64,000 nt of DNA from Pocillopora damicornis (lineage: Eukaryota): assembly GCF_003704095.1 (NCBI RefSeq), contig NW_020847638.1, positions 1 through 64,000 of the forward strand, given 5' to 3'. The notes below the pieces were generated by a model that saw nothing but the letters and a program-made list of their open reading frames with translations, was not told the origin of the DNA and searched no databases. This document shows positions 50,101-63,447 of this stretch, piece by piece (position 1 is the stretch's first letter; each line of letters begins with the position of its first letter). The position numbers were made by a program, and so were the translations under genes.

Positions 50101-53100
50101 TGTGCTTACGTTAGACGACTCACAATACGTAGCACACAATACGTTTGGGTTCCAACTTCACTTTTGTTGAACACTCAGATGATTATTCCTAGCTGAATAG
50201 AAAACAGTATCCCTCTAAATTTTCTCAAGATTTAAATATATCATTCTGATTTCCTTTGTAAGTGGAACAGTGGATGTTATCTATGAGCGGCAAAGGATCT
50301 TCCACATCAAATATGTCAGATCTCTTACCGCTGAGTCCGGTAGGCAATTTGTAAGCTACTTATCGTCTTTAAGCAGAGTTGCACCGCTAGGGGTTTCCAT
50401 AAAATCAGAGTAACCTTACATTGGAGCAAGCTCCCGTTGCTTTACGAGGTAAAGGGAGGTTATAGGCCTTTCTGATCTATCTGGTGTCGTTTGTTCAGTT
50501 TTATGGAAAAATGTTGTTCGGATCATGAAAACAAAATGACGGCATACTGTGTACTTGTAATCTCTACTAAACATTTGTTTGAACAAGAATTTACTTGAGG
50601 TAGAATTTGAACAAAGAATAGGATGTGAGTATCAATTGACCGTAAGATATCAAATCCAAAGACGTCGGAATATTTTTAATCTGGCAAAGAAAAGTTATAC
50701 ATTCTTTGCGTGAAGAATGTTAATGAAATGGTAAAATATAATTTACTCAGGCTAAGGCCATTCATATCATTTTCTTTGTGACCTGCATCATGGGCATCTA
50801 GTAGTATATTGAAGGTTATTATCTAAATAAATGTGTGTTGTTTTGCATGGTTATATCCGGTATGCAGATACATAGTTTAAGGAATATTTTGTTAATAACG
50901 AACGCTGATAACTAACCGAAAACTCAAACTGATCTAATTTCATAAAGGCCTTGAGAGAATAGCTGACCAAGTGGTGATCTAAATTTTAACACCAAGAAAT
51001 CGAAGCGGAGGCGGGCAAACCAGCAGATTCGTTTTTTCATTTTGACATCGTAATCGAAAAATAATTTTTAGCGTTCAAATTTTATCTAGTCAATTTCTCT
51101 ATTCTCGAGGACTTTTAAACCGATCCACCAACCGGAATTCGGGGCGCGATCTTCTTATTTATTGCATCTCAGTAAAAAGTAGCTGTCAGTTTGGTGTTAA
51201 ACGAAGATTTCGCATTTATACGTAATAATTCATTTATTTTATTTTCAAAGCTACAGATTTTTCTTTTTGGCAAATGAAACGATTTCCGTTTGAAGCAAGC
51301 ATAATTTTGAGTGCACTCTCATGGCAGCGTGCTTCCAAGTCTGATCTACGAATTACATGGCTATTACTTTTTTTTTTAAATTGGAGGCTACTTCCACTGA
51401 GTACACCCTAAGCACTAATCGGTGATTTGCATAGCACTCATGACCACCTCTAGAAACGCTTGCCTCAAAATACTAGCTATCTCACTTGTAATCATGAAAA
51501 TCATTAATTTATCAAGCCCTTGAATACGCGTAAAAGCCATTTGAGACTCCTAAGTGCAAGTGGGCGGATCAGCAGACGTAATTTAAGACCTCTTACTCTT
51601 ACGTGTAGGGGAGAAAATCTTAAGCCTGGTCTTAGTTTTTTCGTCCGCTTCTAGCTGTTTGTAGCCTTTGTCGGCTAGTAATTCTCTTGTTGCTTACTGT
51701 TCAACCGGATTAGTTTAAAACCAAATTCAAAGCGCCGCTAGAAACAGAGGAAACTCGTATGAAAGGCTACTGGAAACTATTTTGTCATTGCTGTCCCTCA
51801 TTGTGAACAGAAATTAGTCGATGCAAAGTAATGACCCTATTTTATCAGGTGGATGGATCTAAATGTTGTTATTATAAACGCCGAAAGTTTAATTAAAGCT
51901 GACTCTAGTATAAATTTACAGGTGGCTTTAAAACTACTTTAACAACCTTCTAGGCATAAACGATAATACACCGTTCAGCTTTGGGACGCAATTACACTTG
52001 TTAAGCAATGTCTATCGGTCCGCTAATGACTAGGTAAGTGCCAGTAAAACAATTTCGTCCTACTTCATATGGTTAGTGATAATGACAAGTTTTAAGTTGG
52101 CCATTTTTCATCTCTAAATCTCTATTGACAGCGGCCAAGCGATTTTTTAAATACATTTAAACGGTACCGAACCTCAGTGGTTTGAAATGTCTTACCAGGA
52201 AAACTAGTAAGTGTTGGGTTATTTCTATGCGCATTTTGATCACGAAGTGTTTTGTCTTATTATAGCTTCTAAATGCGATGTATAAACAATTTTTAGAAAA
52301 AAGACTTGAGAAGGCGCAAATGAGGAAATGAAATGAAGAAACCAAAAAACGAAGGACACGATAGTTAATCAAGAACGAAGCAAGTTGAGGCATGGGAACA
52401 ACGACTTTCTTACTCTAAATAAAAGCAATTAGAACTTGCAGCATTTTCAGTTGTCACCGGTACACCACCTATTAAATGATTTTTTAGGAAATTAACTTTG
52501 CATCATTTTTCCGGATTCAATGACCGTTCCCTTTTGAAGTGAACCTGAAATCGAAAACACTCGCTTTTTTATTACCCTTTCATGGGTTCAACTGTCTTAG
52601 AGGCCGCATTTGCCGCACTTGCCGCACATGTATAATCCGTCGTAGACCAACTGTTGCGGAGTAGTTTGTCCAGTTGAAAAGACTAGCTTTGAAACTTCCG
52701 TAAAACAGCGGCTATTGCCACCGCTGGACAGTTCTAACTATATGTTGTTCCGATATCGCCGGGTGTTTAGACTTTTAAGGACAATCGGTATTCGCAGTAT
52801 AAAACATTAGTTTAACGACGGGATTCCCAAAGGTAGGTCAAACTTCATTAAAATAATTGATCATAGTATCATGTCAATCACGCCTGAGTCATAGCACTTT
52901 TACAAGTTTTAAGTCTTGCTTTGCAAATCATCACTAAGAAACCAAAGGGAAAGCCCTTTTGTTCATTTGTGAAAATTGTTTATGCAGATGGCCACTTTTA
53001 AGAGGAATTCAAATGTCAGTGAGGTTCCATTAATTTGTTATCACAAATGCGAGAGCTGATATTTACACTGTAAAGACAAAATTACACTCAAAGAAGAACT

Positions 53101-53947
53101 GAACTACTCACCAATACCATTTTGATTTTTATGAGTTTAATTTTTGTTATCAGAAAGCTAAGGCTATTTACACAGATTTTAGACACATGGTATAAGGTTT
53201 CGGTGCAATATTAATTCTCCGTAGCAATTCTTTTTTGTTTCAAATTTTCCAAATAGCATATAAATAGCTTAGAAGCTAAACCATTTTTGCATTTTGGCAG
53301 ACAGCTGGTCGATCTCGAAATATCTCGCAATCTTTTCGAAGCCAGATTATAACACAAACATTTTTGTTGAACCTGATCTAGCTATATTAGAATTTATTTT
53401 CAGCTAAGTTCGATTTACAAAGTGTTCCTTGATGAATACAAGCCGTAACCTTTTTGGATTGTAGTCCTGGTTCTTGTTTACCAAATCATCTCAGCGAAAG
53501 TTGTACGCAAATATAATAAAGAAATTTTTTCCTTCAAAATTTTGGTGCGATTATCGTGCAGTTTAGCCGTCTGAATTAGTTACTTGCTGCATTTTAAAAT
53601 ATTCCTCTTAGGATTAAAGTATTACGTCCCAGATCGCTTATCGACAGAAATGATTTTATAGACTTAAGCATTATCAGGTATTCCAAGTGATGGTCTCACA
53701 ATAAAAATTTTCCATGATCGGGAGGCACCTGCCCTAACGTTTGTGCTTTAACTAACTTTCCAAAAACAAAAATGAAAACCTAAATTTATCTTTGGATACG
53801 TACCTGTAGTTAAAAATTTCCTTTCTTAAAACTGCCACCATCGAACTATTTTCACTAATTCATCTCTTTCACCAATTGGTAGAAGATTACTGAATACTGT
53901 CATGTTCTTATTTTCAATGATGCTCAGAGTAAGCAGTTATTGAAAAT

Positions 53948-54754
53948 TCACTTCGCAAGGTGTACCATTCGAAGCAAAGTTCTTCTAAACTGCTGATTGC
54001 GCCATACGATTACGCAAGGATTCATTGCGGAACTAGCAAATAGGAGTGTGTAAGCCCACTTCAGTCGGTTTTCTTCTCCTTTTCCCATCAAATCGAGTAC
54101 CACATCGGGCAAAAAGCATACTAAGGTAGAGCCAACTAAGATAGCAGAGGTCAATGCCGTTGCATTTTCTTGTTCCATGGTGGCGACTTGTTGATGGTAA
54201 TTGGCTGTTCTCGCCTGTGCCAAAATTTTTCCTCGACGTCGTTTCCAGGACACCCACAGGATTCTAATGTAAGTAAAAATCAGAAGAAGTATCATCAAAC
54301 CGTGGACGTAAGGACCAGCAACTTTTCCTGGTTCCGTTGCGAGGGTAACCCCAGCTATTATGGAAAAAACCCACGTCAACCCTATGTACACGAGAAGACT
54401 GTTCTGCGACACCGAAAGAAGATGATGGAAAGGCCTTGCCAAAGCCTTCATCCTGTGATAAGTTATTGTCGTAAGGTTGAGGAAAACTGCGTGGAGGCCA
54501 ATGAACGCGATAATCTGAAAGGCTGTCAAGTAGCTGGTGCTGGTCTCGTTGCTAAGGTAGTATATGTACACTGGTTGTGCAATCAGGCAGTTGGCAAGAT
54601 CTGCAACTGTCAGAGAGACGATGAGCAAATTTAAGCCCTTTTGAAGCTCTGGGTTTTGGTAAATCGTCACGATCAACGAAATGGTCATACAAGTGCCAAA
54701 TATACTGAGAACAGCATTGACTATACTCAGGCAAACAACTTGTGCAAATCCCAT
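53948..54754 (-). CDS. Compact rhodopsin-class orphan GPCR (268 aa), single coding exon
   Basis: Seven hydrophobic helices; NLLIVSLTVADL (TM2), YHRM at the DRY position, CFLP (TM6), SSAMNPCVI (TM7), helix 8 NQQFRRTL. Confidence 0.9.
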   Translation of the reverse strand: MGFAQVVCLSIVNAVLSIFGTCMTISLIVTIYQNPELQKGLNLLIVSLTVADLANCLIAQPVYIYYLSNETSTSYLTAFQIIAFIGLHAVFLNLTTITYHRMKALARPFHHLLSVSQNSLLVYIGLTWVFSIIAGVTLATEPGKVAGPYVHGLMILLLIFTYIRILWVSWKRRRGKILAQARTANYHQQVATMEQENATALTSAILVGSTLVCFLPDVVLDLMGKGEENRLKWAYTLLFASSAMNPCVIVWRNQQFRRTLLRMVHLAK

Positions 54755-56195
54755 GTGTTAGATTGGATTTACACTCTAAGATCAGTGCGACTTTCGACTT
54801 GAGATTGGGATTCAATCTGACGCCGACTGCTCTGTATTTTAACGTACTTAAATCTGTTTTATGCCAGTTGTGACATGTTGAGGTTTTATTTAGTTTTGAG
54901 TATTTTTAATTGTCTTAAGTAATCTATGATTACACTGGTTTTGGTTTACTTAACTCCGTGATTGGTCCAGAAAATCCGCACCACCCTTTCAACCAATCGG
55001 ATACCAAACGTAAGTAAACCGTGACTTTTTCACTGGTTTTTTACGCGTTTGCTTGTTTGTAGCTTAACTCCCACTTCCCACCATCCGTCTTCTTGTGATA
55101 TCTTATCCTTTGTATTGATTGGTTATCGATCTTATACTAGTCTTTGTTTCACGACGCTCAATCCAAATTCTCCAATAACTTTTTGTGGAGAATTAGGTGA
55201 TCCTCAGTTGATATTGTAATGTCAATAGAGGCTTGTTGAGGTGAAATGTTTACTCTAAGCGATAAAGCAAAATATTCTTTATTATTTCAGGATCATCTTG
55301 TAAAGGGTAGCGCGGAGAACATAATTTCCTGTTCGCTAGGTATGATTAACGTACTGCCTTCGTATGTTGTCTATATGTGTAAGGCTTTTGTATTTAAGTT
55401 CGCTCTTATGAGAAGGTTACTGATTGAACATTTGATGTGAAGTGTAGAAAGCAATCGATGGCAAAAGTGATGCATCGCGCACAAAAAGCAAGTAACTTAC
55501 TTTCGTGCGCTTGAAATGCCTTTTTAGGTTTAAAATTTATAAGAAGGTGACCAGTTTTATTTTGTAAAATAATCTGCAAGCCAATGTATGCGTTCAGCAT
55601 TTTTTTGGAAGTACCTCGTAACTCTCTATTTAATGAAATCATAACTGTCGATCAACGAACTGTTGTGATGATTTTCGATGTCAAACGTCGATCTATAGAG
55701 GAAGATTTTTAAGCACATCGAACCATTATACTCGACGGTTGAATTGCACCGTAATTGTCGCGCAAATATTGCAGTAATGCAATCTAGGGTTTGAGGATAA
55801 TCAGGCCATACAAACTCAAATTCTCATCCAATTCTTTTTACTGAATTAGGAGTCCTTGCGTTCGTTTTTATTGGTGCCCACTTTTAAATACCAGTGTCGC
55901 ATAGATTGCCATGTTGAAGTCAGAGAGATAACATCATGCTTTAAAGAACGAAACATTTTTGCATCGACTATCTAGAAGTTGACTAGGTCGTGTTTAGTTT
56001 GGGCCTTGTCATCTTTACAAATCTTGTATGACTCGCAATTCTCGTTTTTTCCATAACTTCTTTGATTAACACCTCAGGCTTTCCTTCTTATTAATGCATA
56101 AACGAATGATTGAATCCGGACCTAAGGGAAATGAGCAATAAGGCAGCCCGACACTCAGCTTTCATATAAAAACAATGTTCAACCCTAACCCTAGG

Positions 56196-56262
56196 CAATG
56201 ATGACAATTATAATAATGATAATGATAATAATAGTAATGATAATAATAATGATAATAATAAA
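56196..56262. repeat. (AAT/GAT)n microsatellite
   Basis: aatgatgacaattataataatgataatgataataatagtaatgataataataatgataataata. Confidence 0.85.
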
Positions 56263-57741
56263 TGGGGTCGGTGGCTCAAAACAAGACGGTGGTTCAAACA
56301 GCAAAAGGACATCAAGAGCATGAACAAGAGCAGAACAAGTACATTACAACTTTAATTTTTACAGCGGGAAATAATATTTTACAATGTTTGGGTTGAGTTG
56401 CGTAGAAACGGTGGAAACGCCTTCAGCTACTTAATAAATACTGAGTACTTTATTACTTCTATTGCCGGAAACTGAAACGCTTAAAACAATCGCCTGAAGG
56501 CAAATAGTTTGTTAATCATTACTATCAGCAAATAGGATTGGTAATCATTACTATCGAGTGCAGAATATTTAACTGATAATGAAATAAGCCGCGACTGTGC
56601 TCTGTTCTGTTGGAAAGCACGCAGGAGCGGCTTGGGCACGAAAGAAGTGAAGGGGGAAACACGAGACGAAGTCGTGTCTTTTTCCCGACTTTTTGAGCAC
56701 GGTGTTATGCATCCTTAATTTCTAAGGAGAGAATGCATCGGATATTCCACGTTGGAAGATTAGCGCAGGGCACGAATAAGATCCATCGTGAAGAAATAAG
56801 GCGAGTAGAAAAAATTGGAATCTTAAGAAGCACGACAATGTAATAAACTTAACTTGATAAATTACCGACAGATCATTTTAATGAATCAAAAAGTAAAAAG
56901 CACTTCAGAACTTCGGAGATTTTTGTAAAATTCAGTTATTTCCATCGTCTGAAATTTCGTATTCAAGAATGAAACAGAACCCGAGCTTTCATTCCGGTAT
57001 GAAAACAAACAGACTCTTTTACAAAGCCACGGACTCGATATTAACCATGAAATTATTGCCGGGAAGAGAGCAATAGATTGTTTTAAATCGATTACCAAAA
57101 GGGAACAAAACCTATGATGAATCGGAAAATAAAAGAAATGATATTGACGCTTTAAATAATTTTTCTTTAGGCCTTTAATTTGGCGTTGATATATGCATAA
57201 TACTTGATCTGTTCGCGTCGCTTCCGCTCGAAGTGATTGACGGTTTGGCAGTTTTAATAATAATAAGGCAGCTTTAACTGTGATCAACAAAACTAAAACA
57301 GTGGAACATTGCACGTTTTTCTCATAAGATGGCCAAATGCGAGCAACATTTCGAAAGGAGTCAGCTATCTTTTCTCTGAAAAAAATGAAAAAAAAAAAAA
57401 AAGCCAGAAAACAGCTTGTCTATAGGCTTAGAACGCCAGCTTCATTTTGTCTTCTAACAGCTGTCTAAAATACGCACGGTTTTGCTTTTTCGGAAACAAC
57501 TTTTATGAAATAAGTCATCAAGCGTCTCTTGCTAACCTTAAAAGTTTGCTCATGCTCTCCGCAAGATTAAGCTGGTAACGACTAGATAAGTATTCATATA
57601 ACGCCTATCGAAAAAAAAACTTTCAATCTTTATATGTGTACCCTTTATTTTCATGATACACACTCCTCCTCCGAATCAGGGAATTAGAAATCTAATTTGT
57701 TAACCTCACGAAATTGCACTTCCTATATCTACTTTACCCGT

Positions 57742-58545
57742 TCAGTCCCTAAGGCGAAGTGTTTGAAGCAGCGCTCTTCTAAACAGTTGATTACGCCATA
57801 TTACTATACAGGGATTCAGTGCCGAACTAGAAAACAACAGGGTGTAAGTTCCCATCAACCTGGTTTCTTCCCCTTTCCCCATAAAGTCCAGAAGGACATC
57901 AGGCAGGTAGCATAGCAATGTGGTGCCCACCAAAATAGCTGACGTTATCGCAGCGGCGTTTTCATGCTCCATGGTGGCCGCTTGTTGGTGGTAATTGGCT
58001 GTCCCCGCTTCCTGAGCGATTTTTGCACGTTTGCGTCTCGAAACCCACAGCATTCTCAAGTAAGTTAAAATCAGAAGAAGTATCATAACTCCATGAACAT
58101 AGGCACCAGCCTCTTCACCTGGTTCCGTAGCGAAAATAATACCAACTATAATAGAAACGATCCATGTTATTGTTATGAATACGAGGAGATCCCTTTGCGA
58201 CACCAGCAAAAGGTGCGATAAAGGTCGCGAAAGGGCTTTCATTCTGTGATACGTGATCGTTATGAGGTTGGAGAAAACCGCATGGAGACCGATGAAAGCG
58301 ACAATGCGAAGTGCTGCTAGGTAGCTTGTGTCGCCCTTGTTGCTAAGATAGTAGACATACATAGGTTGTGCAATCAAACAGTTTACAAGATCGGCAACTG
58401 TTAAGGACACGATCAACAAATTTAAACCTTTTTGTAGCTCTGGGTTCAGTTGAATGGCCAGTACCACCAAAATGTTCATTACACATCCAAAAACGCTGAG
58501 AAATACATTGATAACGCTCAGGGAAATAACTTCAGCAGATGCCAT
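57742..58545 (-). CDS. Compact rhodopsin-class orphan GPCR (267 aa), tandem paralog of 53948-54754
   Basis: The ATG at 58545 (MASAEV) aligns with the paralog start, although the ORF is open from 58665. Same motifs: NPELQKGLNLLIVSLTVADL, YHRMKAL, CYLP, SSALNPCIV. Confidence 0.9.
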   Translation of the reverse strand: MASAEVISLSVINVFLSVFGCVMNILVVLAIQLNPELQKGLNLLIVSLTVADLVNCLIAQPMYVYYLSNKGDTSYLAALRIVAFIGLHAVFSNLITITYHRMKALSRPLSHLLLVSQRDLLVFITITWIVSIIVGIIFATEPGEEAGAYVHGVMILLLILTYLRMLWVSRRKRAKIAQEAGTANYHQQAATMEHENAAAITSAILVGTTLLCYLPDVLLDFMGKGEETRLMGTYTLLFSSSALNPCIVIWRNQLFRRALLQTLRLRD

Positions 58546-61500
58546 TCGGAAAGCCAAGCTTGATTCGGCAGCACTGTCAATTGAGCTGAGTTCAGAGATC
58601 TTTAAACTGAATATGACTTTTGGCAAACCATTGTTTGTTCTTTTTGGTATAAACACGCATGTCATTAAATTACAAATTTTGCATTTGTTTGATTTCCATG
58701 GGGGTGACTGACATATATAGATTTATTGCTAGTCATCATTTTTTCCCTTCAGATATTTTTTTTTCGAATTTTTGACTCTAAAGTACACCTCTTCGTCTTT
58801 TAGGATGCAATTTCCGCAGTTAACTTATCGAGTTGTTTCACACATCTCTTCGCGCTAAGCTGCGGTGAGACTGCGTTTTGCCTAGTCCAAGCAGTGTATG
58901 TTCAGGTGTTGTCATCTTTGACAGGAATGAGTAATGACACCTGCTCCATTGACCAATAGATTTGACAAATTTGCGCTAGTCTTGATATTTGAAAATCGAA
59001 GTGACCATAGACAAAAGCAAACCGTTTAAAGGGTAGCTGACGCCAAAGTTTTCCCCTTTTTTGTCCCAATGCATTCCTCTTAGGTTAATGAATCCTAAAT
59101 GAGCAAATAAACGATATACTGTGCAAAATCAAATTTTCTACAATTTTTTTTGACACTCAATCGACGGCCATTTTGAAAACATTCCAATTCAGGTCACGTG
59201 ACGTGACGATAAGCGTCATGTCAAGACCTGAAAGTAACAACGTCATTCTCGCTGTCCAGCTGCTTCCGAAATTTACCAGCGGAAAAAAATAACATTTGCT
59301 CCATTCTGTTATAGGCCACCATTTAGAGACTATGTTGCCTGTGACAACCTTTGAATAAAGGTTGTCACAGGTAATTTGCACGCCATTCCAAACAGCTGTA
59401 AAAAATATATATATTCCCATAAATTTTTTCCTCTTAACCATTATCGAGCTCTATACTTAAAGAAATATTTTTTAAGTCCAAGCCGAAAAGTGTTTGACTT
59501 TAGACTTTGTCCGGCGTATATCACTGTGACCTTAGGCCCATCGGTTCTGGAGTGAGCGTGACAAAGCGCAAAGTGTTGTCGCGTATTATGGGAGTCGTCA
59601 TTTGGTTTCGTAAACGAAACTCTTCTTCCATGTTTTGGAAATGTACAAAATTTATCCTTTTTTTATTTTTATTTATTTATTTTTTGGGGGTGGGCATAAC
59701 CAGTCATCAAATATTGCTCTAGCAGCAAAATATTGGTAACCCTCATCTTTCACGATCATTTGCACTATTGTGAAATATCCCTTTCCCGTTTCTTGATATC
59801 TTTTGTTTTTGACAAAGCGGCCACAATCGGTCTTAATAGAATTTCAAGCCTTTGTATAGTCTGATTATATGCTTATTATATTTATAGATACACTCTTACA
59901 TACATACGGCGTCATACCGAGAGAATTCGAAAATTAAATGACAATTGGCTGTCCATCGACCGTAGATGGCTATACTGGTAGTTTGATTAACGATTCTCTG
60001 TCTCTTCAACAACTCTTGGAATCTCTAAATAGAAAGGATGCTGATTTAAGATGGAATGATTAAAGCATCTTCATTAATTATAATCACACTGGTGGCCACG
60101 AATATTATAACTATTATTCCAAAAATTATTGCGACGTCATTAAGGATGAGGAATACCCGGTTGAAAAACTAAAAGCGAAATTAAAGGAATTGACTTCTCT
60201 ATTCATGTTTTAGTTGGTCTCAATTTATGCTCCGCAAATCGTGCAAAATCCGTTGAATTTTTTAGTTGAATTGCCATGTACAACAGTCGTCTGTAATGTA
60301 GCTCATCCAAATGATTGATCGAGCAAAGCTGCGTAGGTGGAAAATCAACGTTCGGTACAAGCTTGTAAAGTAGTTTATCATTTCAAGTGCGCGGTAATGT
60401 AATTTTTCATCAAGTTGTGAACCTGTAATTGAACCTGACATTGCCAGATATGAATGTTGGAGAGATCGTTATAAAATGTCGTACCTGAATATGACAGGCA
60501 ATTCTGGACGCGTCACAGGCGTCAACAAGCAAACGATAAAATCGATGGAAACAATTCTTTTACATTGTCTTGGCAGCCTGATTATAAAGTCGTAAATGTT
60601 TTTGTAATGCTCACGAGAGATGACGCGGCGGTATAGAATGAAAATTACCCTACCTATTTAACAAATAGAGAAGCCNNNNNNNNNNNNNNNNNNNNNNNNN
60701 NNNNNNNNNNNNNNNNNNNNNNNNNNNNNNNNNNNNNNNNNNNNNNNNNNNNNNNNNNNNNNNNNNNNNNNNNNNCGCTCTTTCAACCAATGACAGTACG
60801 TGTTATATCCGAGCTTTATTATAAATAAAAAATAGCAAAACCGCTCTTAACCGACTGTTTCCTTAGATCACCATTTTAATCCATCATTTATTTTGAAAGA
60901 TGACAGAATTGGGAATGAATGAATGAATAGATGTAAGAACACAGCTGTGATACTACACCATGGATCTCGATGCAAAAAGGCAAAATTACTCTGTTCATGT
61001 AAAACTAGTGAGGGTACTCTCAAATACCCCTGTCAGTAAAGATCAAGTATAAAAATGTTAAAAATGATAATTTGATTCGAGTAGAGTCCGTGGATAAAAG
61101 GTAATCTATATTTCTCGAGAAGTGTTAGTCACTAACTATTACTCTCGAAGGCGAAACTCGATGTAGCTGCGTGATTCAAGCCCCCTGACGGACAATATTG
61201 TACATTAGGTATTCTGAACGGTAAAACACCCTCCAGCCTTTAAAAACGAGGGGGGAGAGGGAAAATGAATTAGAACGCGAAATGTGATATTTGATTCGGG
61301 TGAAAGAACGGCTGTGAGGATGGCTATTGTTTTGGAATTTAGCCAATCATTTCTTAATTATCTGGCCGTCACCATTAGTGATTCGGCATTCCAACTTTCT
61401 TGCAAAGGGAACGTTTGCTCGGAAAACAACTCAAACTAGAAGACTGAAATTGTAGTGGCTTAAAGGCGAAGTATGTCACAGATATTACAACAGATACCGT

Positions 61501-62606
61501 AATTATTTTATCACCGCCGTGAAAAAGTATTTAAAGAAATCTATTGCATGCTTACTGTGGTTTGAAATTTTAAGAAACAGCTTAGCACTTCGAAAATTAC
61601 CTTCAACGGCCTTAAAATTCGCCATTGAACGCGCTATTTTGAAAGAAATTCGGCAACCTGGGTTCAGTTGTTCGAACGCCGATTAGCGCTAAGCCAGGGT
61701 TAAATTTTTATCCGGATTTCTCTACTTCTTCGTTCAAAAACCCTTTGCAGATAAGCTTATTATCGAGTTTTATTATCAGAGATTCCAATTATCAAATTGT
61801 AGACGAAAAGAATTGTCCTAAATTTCCTTTTTTCGGCCCTCGACTCAATCGCACTTAGCACAAACAGCTTCTGCTCTTCCCAATTATCTAGCATTTATGT
61901 TTAAACAGATCTCCAGGAGGTGGAAAGGGGAGGAGTAAGACTTTTCTACAGCACAGAAAGTCGGCCAGGTTGCTGAGCAAGGTTTAAAATGACCGCTTTT
62001 GTTGTAAAATTTTCAGTGCATTTCGAGACAATTTTGTTAGAGTAGGTTACTCAGTAGGAACTCAAATGGTAGTCATTGTCATAATTTCATTTATATATCT
62101 CTTAGCGGCGAAGAACGAAATTATGTGTTCTTGCTTGAGCATCCTTCTCCTACCCAAAAACAGCTCAGAAACAGACTGTGGACGACGAATAACTTTTGGT
62201 AATAAATGAATTATAAAACCCAGCAACTCTGAATACTCAAGTAAACGTTCACAAGACTTATACGCCAAGGGTCAGCCCAACGTAAGGTTCTGAAAACAGA
62301 CAACTACACTCTTCTAGTAAATTACAGATGTTCAATTTAAAACAAGCGCATTGAAATAATACAGAAAAAATTTATTTCGTCCATTTACAAAAATTGTTCA
62401 GATCAGGTTAGCTTAGGCTGAGACAGCACAAGAACATTGTCTTTTCTGACATTAATACATTGCCAATGTTACAAATGTGATCAATTTTGTAGCTCTGTAA
62501 AAAATATTTATAATGCAGTAAAAATTCGATCCAGCCGTTGAATATATTTCTCTCTTTTTCATTCCATTTGAAGTCTTAATAAATATGATATAAATTACGT
62601 CTCCAT

Positions 62607-63373
62607 TCAGTTATTCCGAACACAATCCGTATGAATTATCTTTGTCTTTATCTCACAATTCGAAAAAGTAAACAATTTATATACCTTTTGGCATCCCTGC
62701 TTACAGACTGGAATTTTGAAAAACTTGCTGCAAATAACAATTGCTTTGTCTCGGTTTTTAATACAATTATTTCCTGGATTTCGAGCATGTCTGGAATGTC
62801 CAAACGAATTTTCTTTAATTTCAACCTTTCCGACTGAGTTTTTACCTCGAGTTGAAAGTTCTTCTAAGTCAGGCTTGTGAGTTTCATTTTGTTCCAACCA
62901 ATCTACGTCTTTGCGGGTGTCTAGGCCATCAGATTGAGAGCTTTCTTGTTCTATCAGAAGCCAGTCAATATCGACCGTATCATTTTTTTGAAGGATGGAA
63001 GGTTGCAAAGGGTTTGTAGGTCGTGCCTCTGTTTCCCCGCCAGATTGTAGCATTATGAACATGGCAAAGTGTATAAAAATGATGGAAACGATACGTTCAC
63101 GGCCCTGCGAAGAGATACGAATGCGTCATTATAAATTTTTGTCCTACTATTACGGAGCTTTTCTTTGAAAAAGTGTCAATTAAATATGTATATGCATGAG
63201 AAGAACTCGCTAATTTACCGAAGCATACAATAAAAATGTAGCTTAAAGATTCTTAAAAAGAGGAAATTTTTTCACTTTTTTATTTTTTAACGAAACGATG
63301 TTAAAACCATTATAAGGCAAAGAGAATCTATAAATAAGTTCTGTGAAATTACCTGTGAAATTCCAAATTTCAT
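62607..63373 (-). CDS. Predicted secreted prepro-peptide (172 aa) with a C-terminal cationic 6-cysteine domain
   Basis: Exon 63373-63353 (MKFGISQ, cag|gtaat) plus exon 63104-62607 (ttcgcag|GRERIVSIIFIHFAMFIMLQSGGETEA...), phase 0 and in frame with ORF 62607-63062. Hydrophobic signal, acidic pro-region, RHAR site, 57-aa Cys-rich tail; AATAAA on - at 62376-62371. Confidence 0.75.
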
Positions 63374-63447
63374 TCTGATTTTTATCGTCGTCCTTTAGTT
63401 AGTACTTGATGCTCTTCTTGTTGGTTGCTAGTGAGGAGATGAATATT

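Noticed and set aside
54170-54634. 154-aa plus-strand ORF and other antisense ORFs over the TRAF and GPCR exons
   Set aside because: Shadow frames of real coding sequence on the opposite strand.
58546-58665. 40-aa N-terminal extension of the second compact GPCR
   Set aside because: The paralog starts at the equivalent of Met41 and has no matching in-frame extension; the upstream part looks like UTR or intron. Not excluded without cDNA.
40086-63373. Secreted peptide as the cognate ligand of the neighbouring orphan GPCRs
   Set aside because: Only proximity supports it, and animal ligand-receptor pairs are rarely linked.
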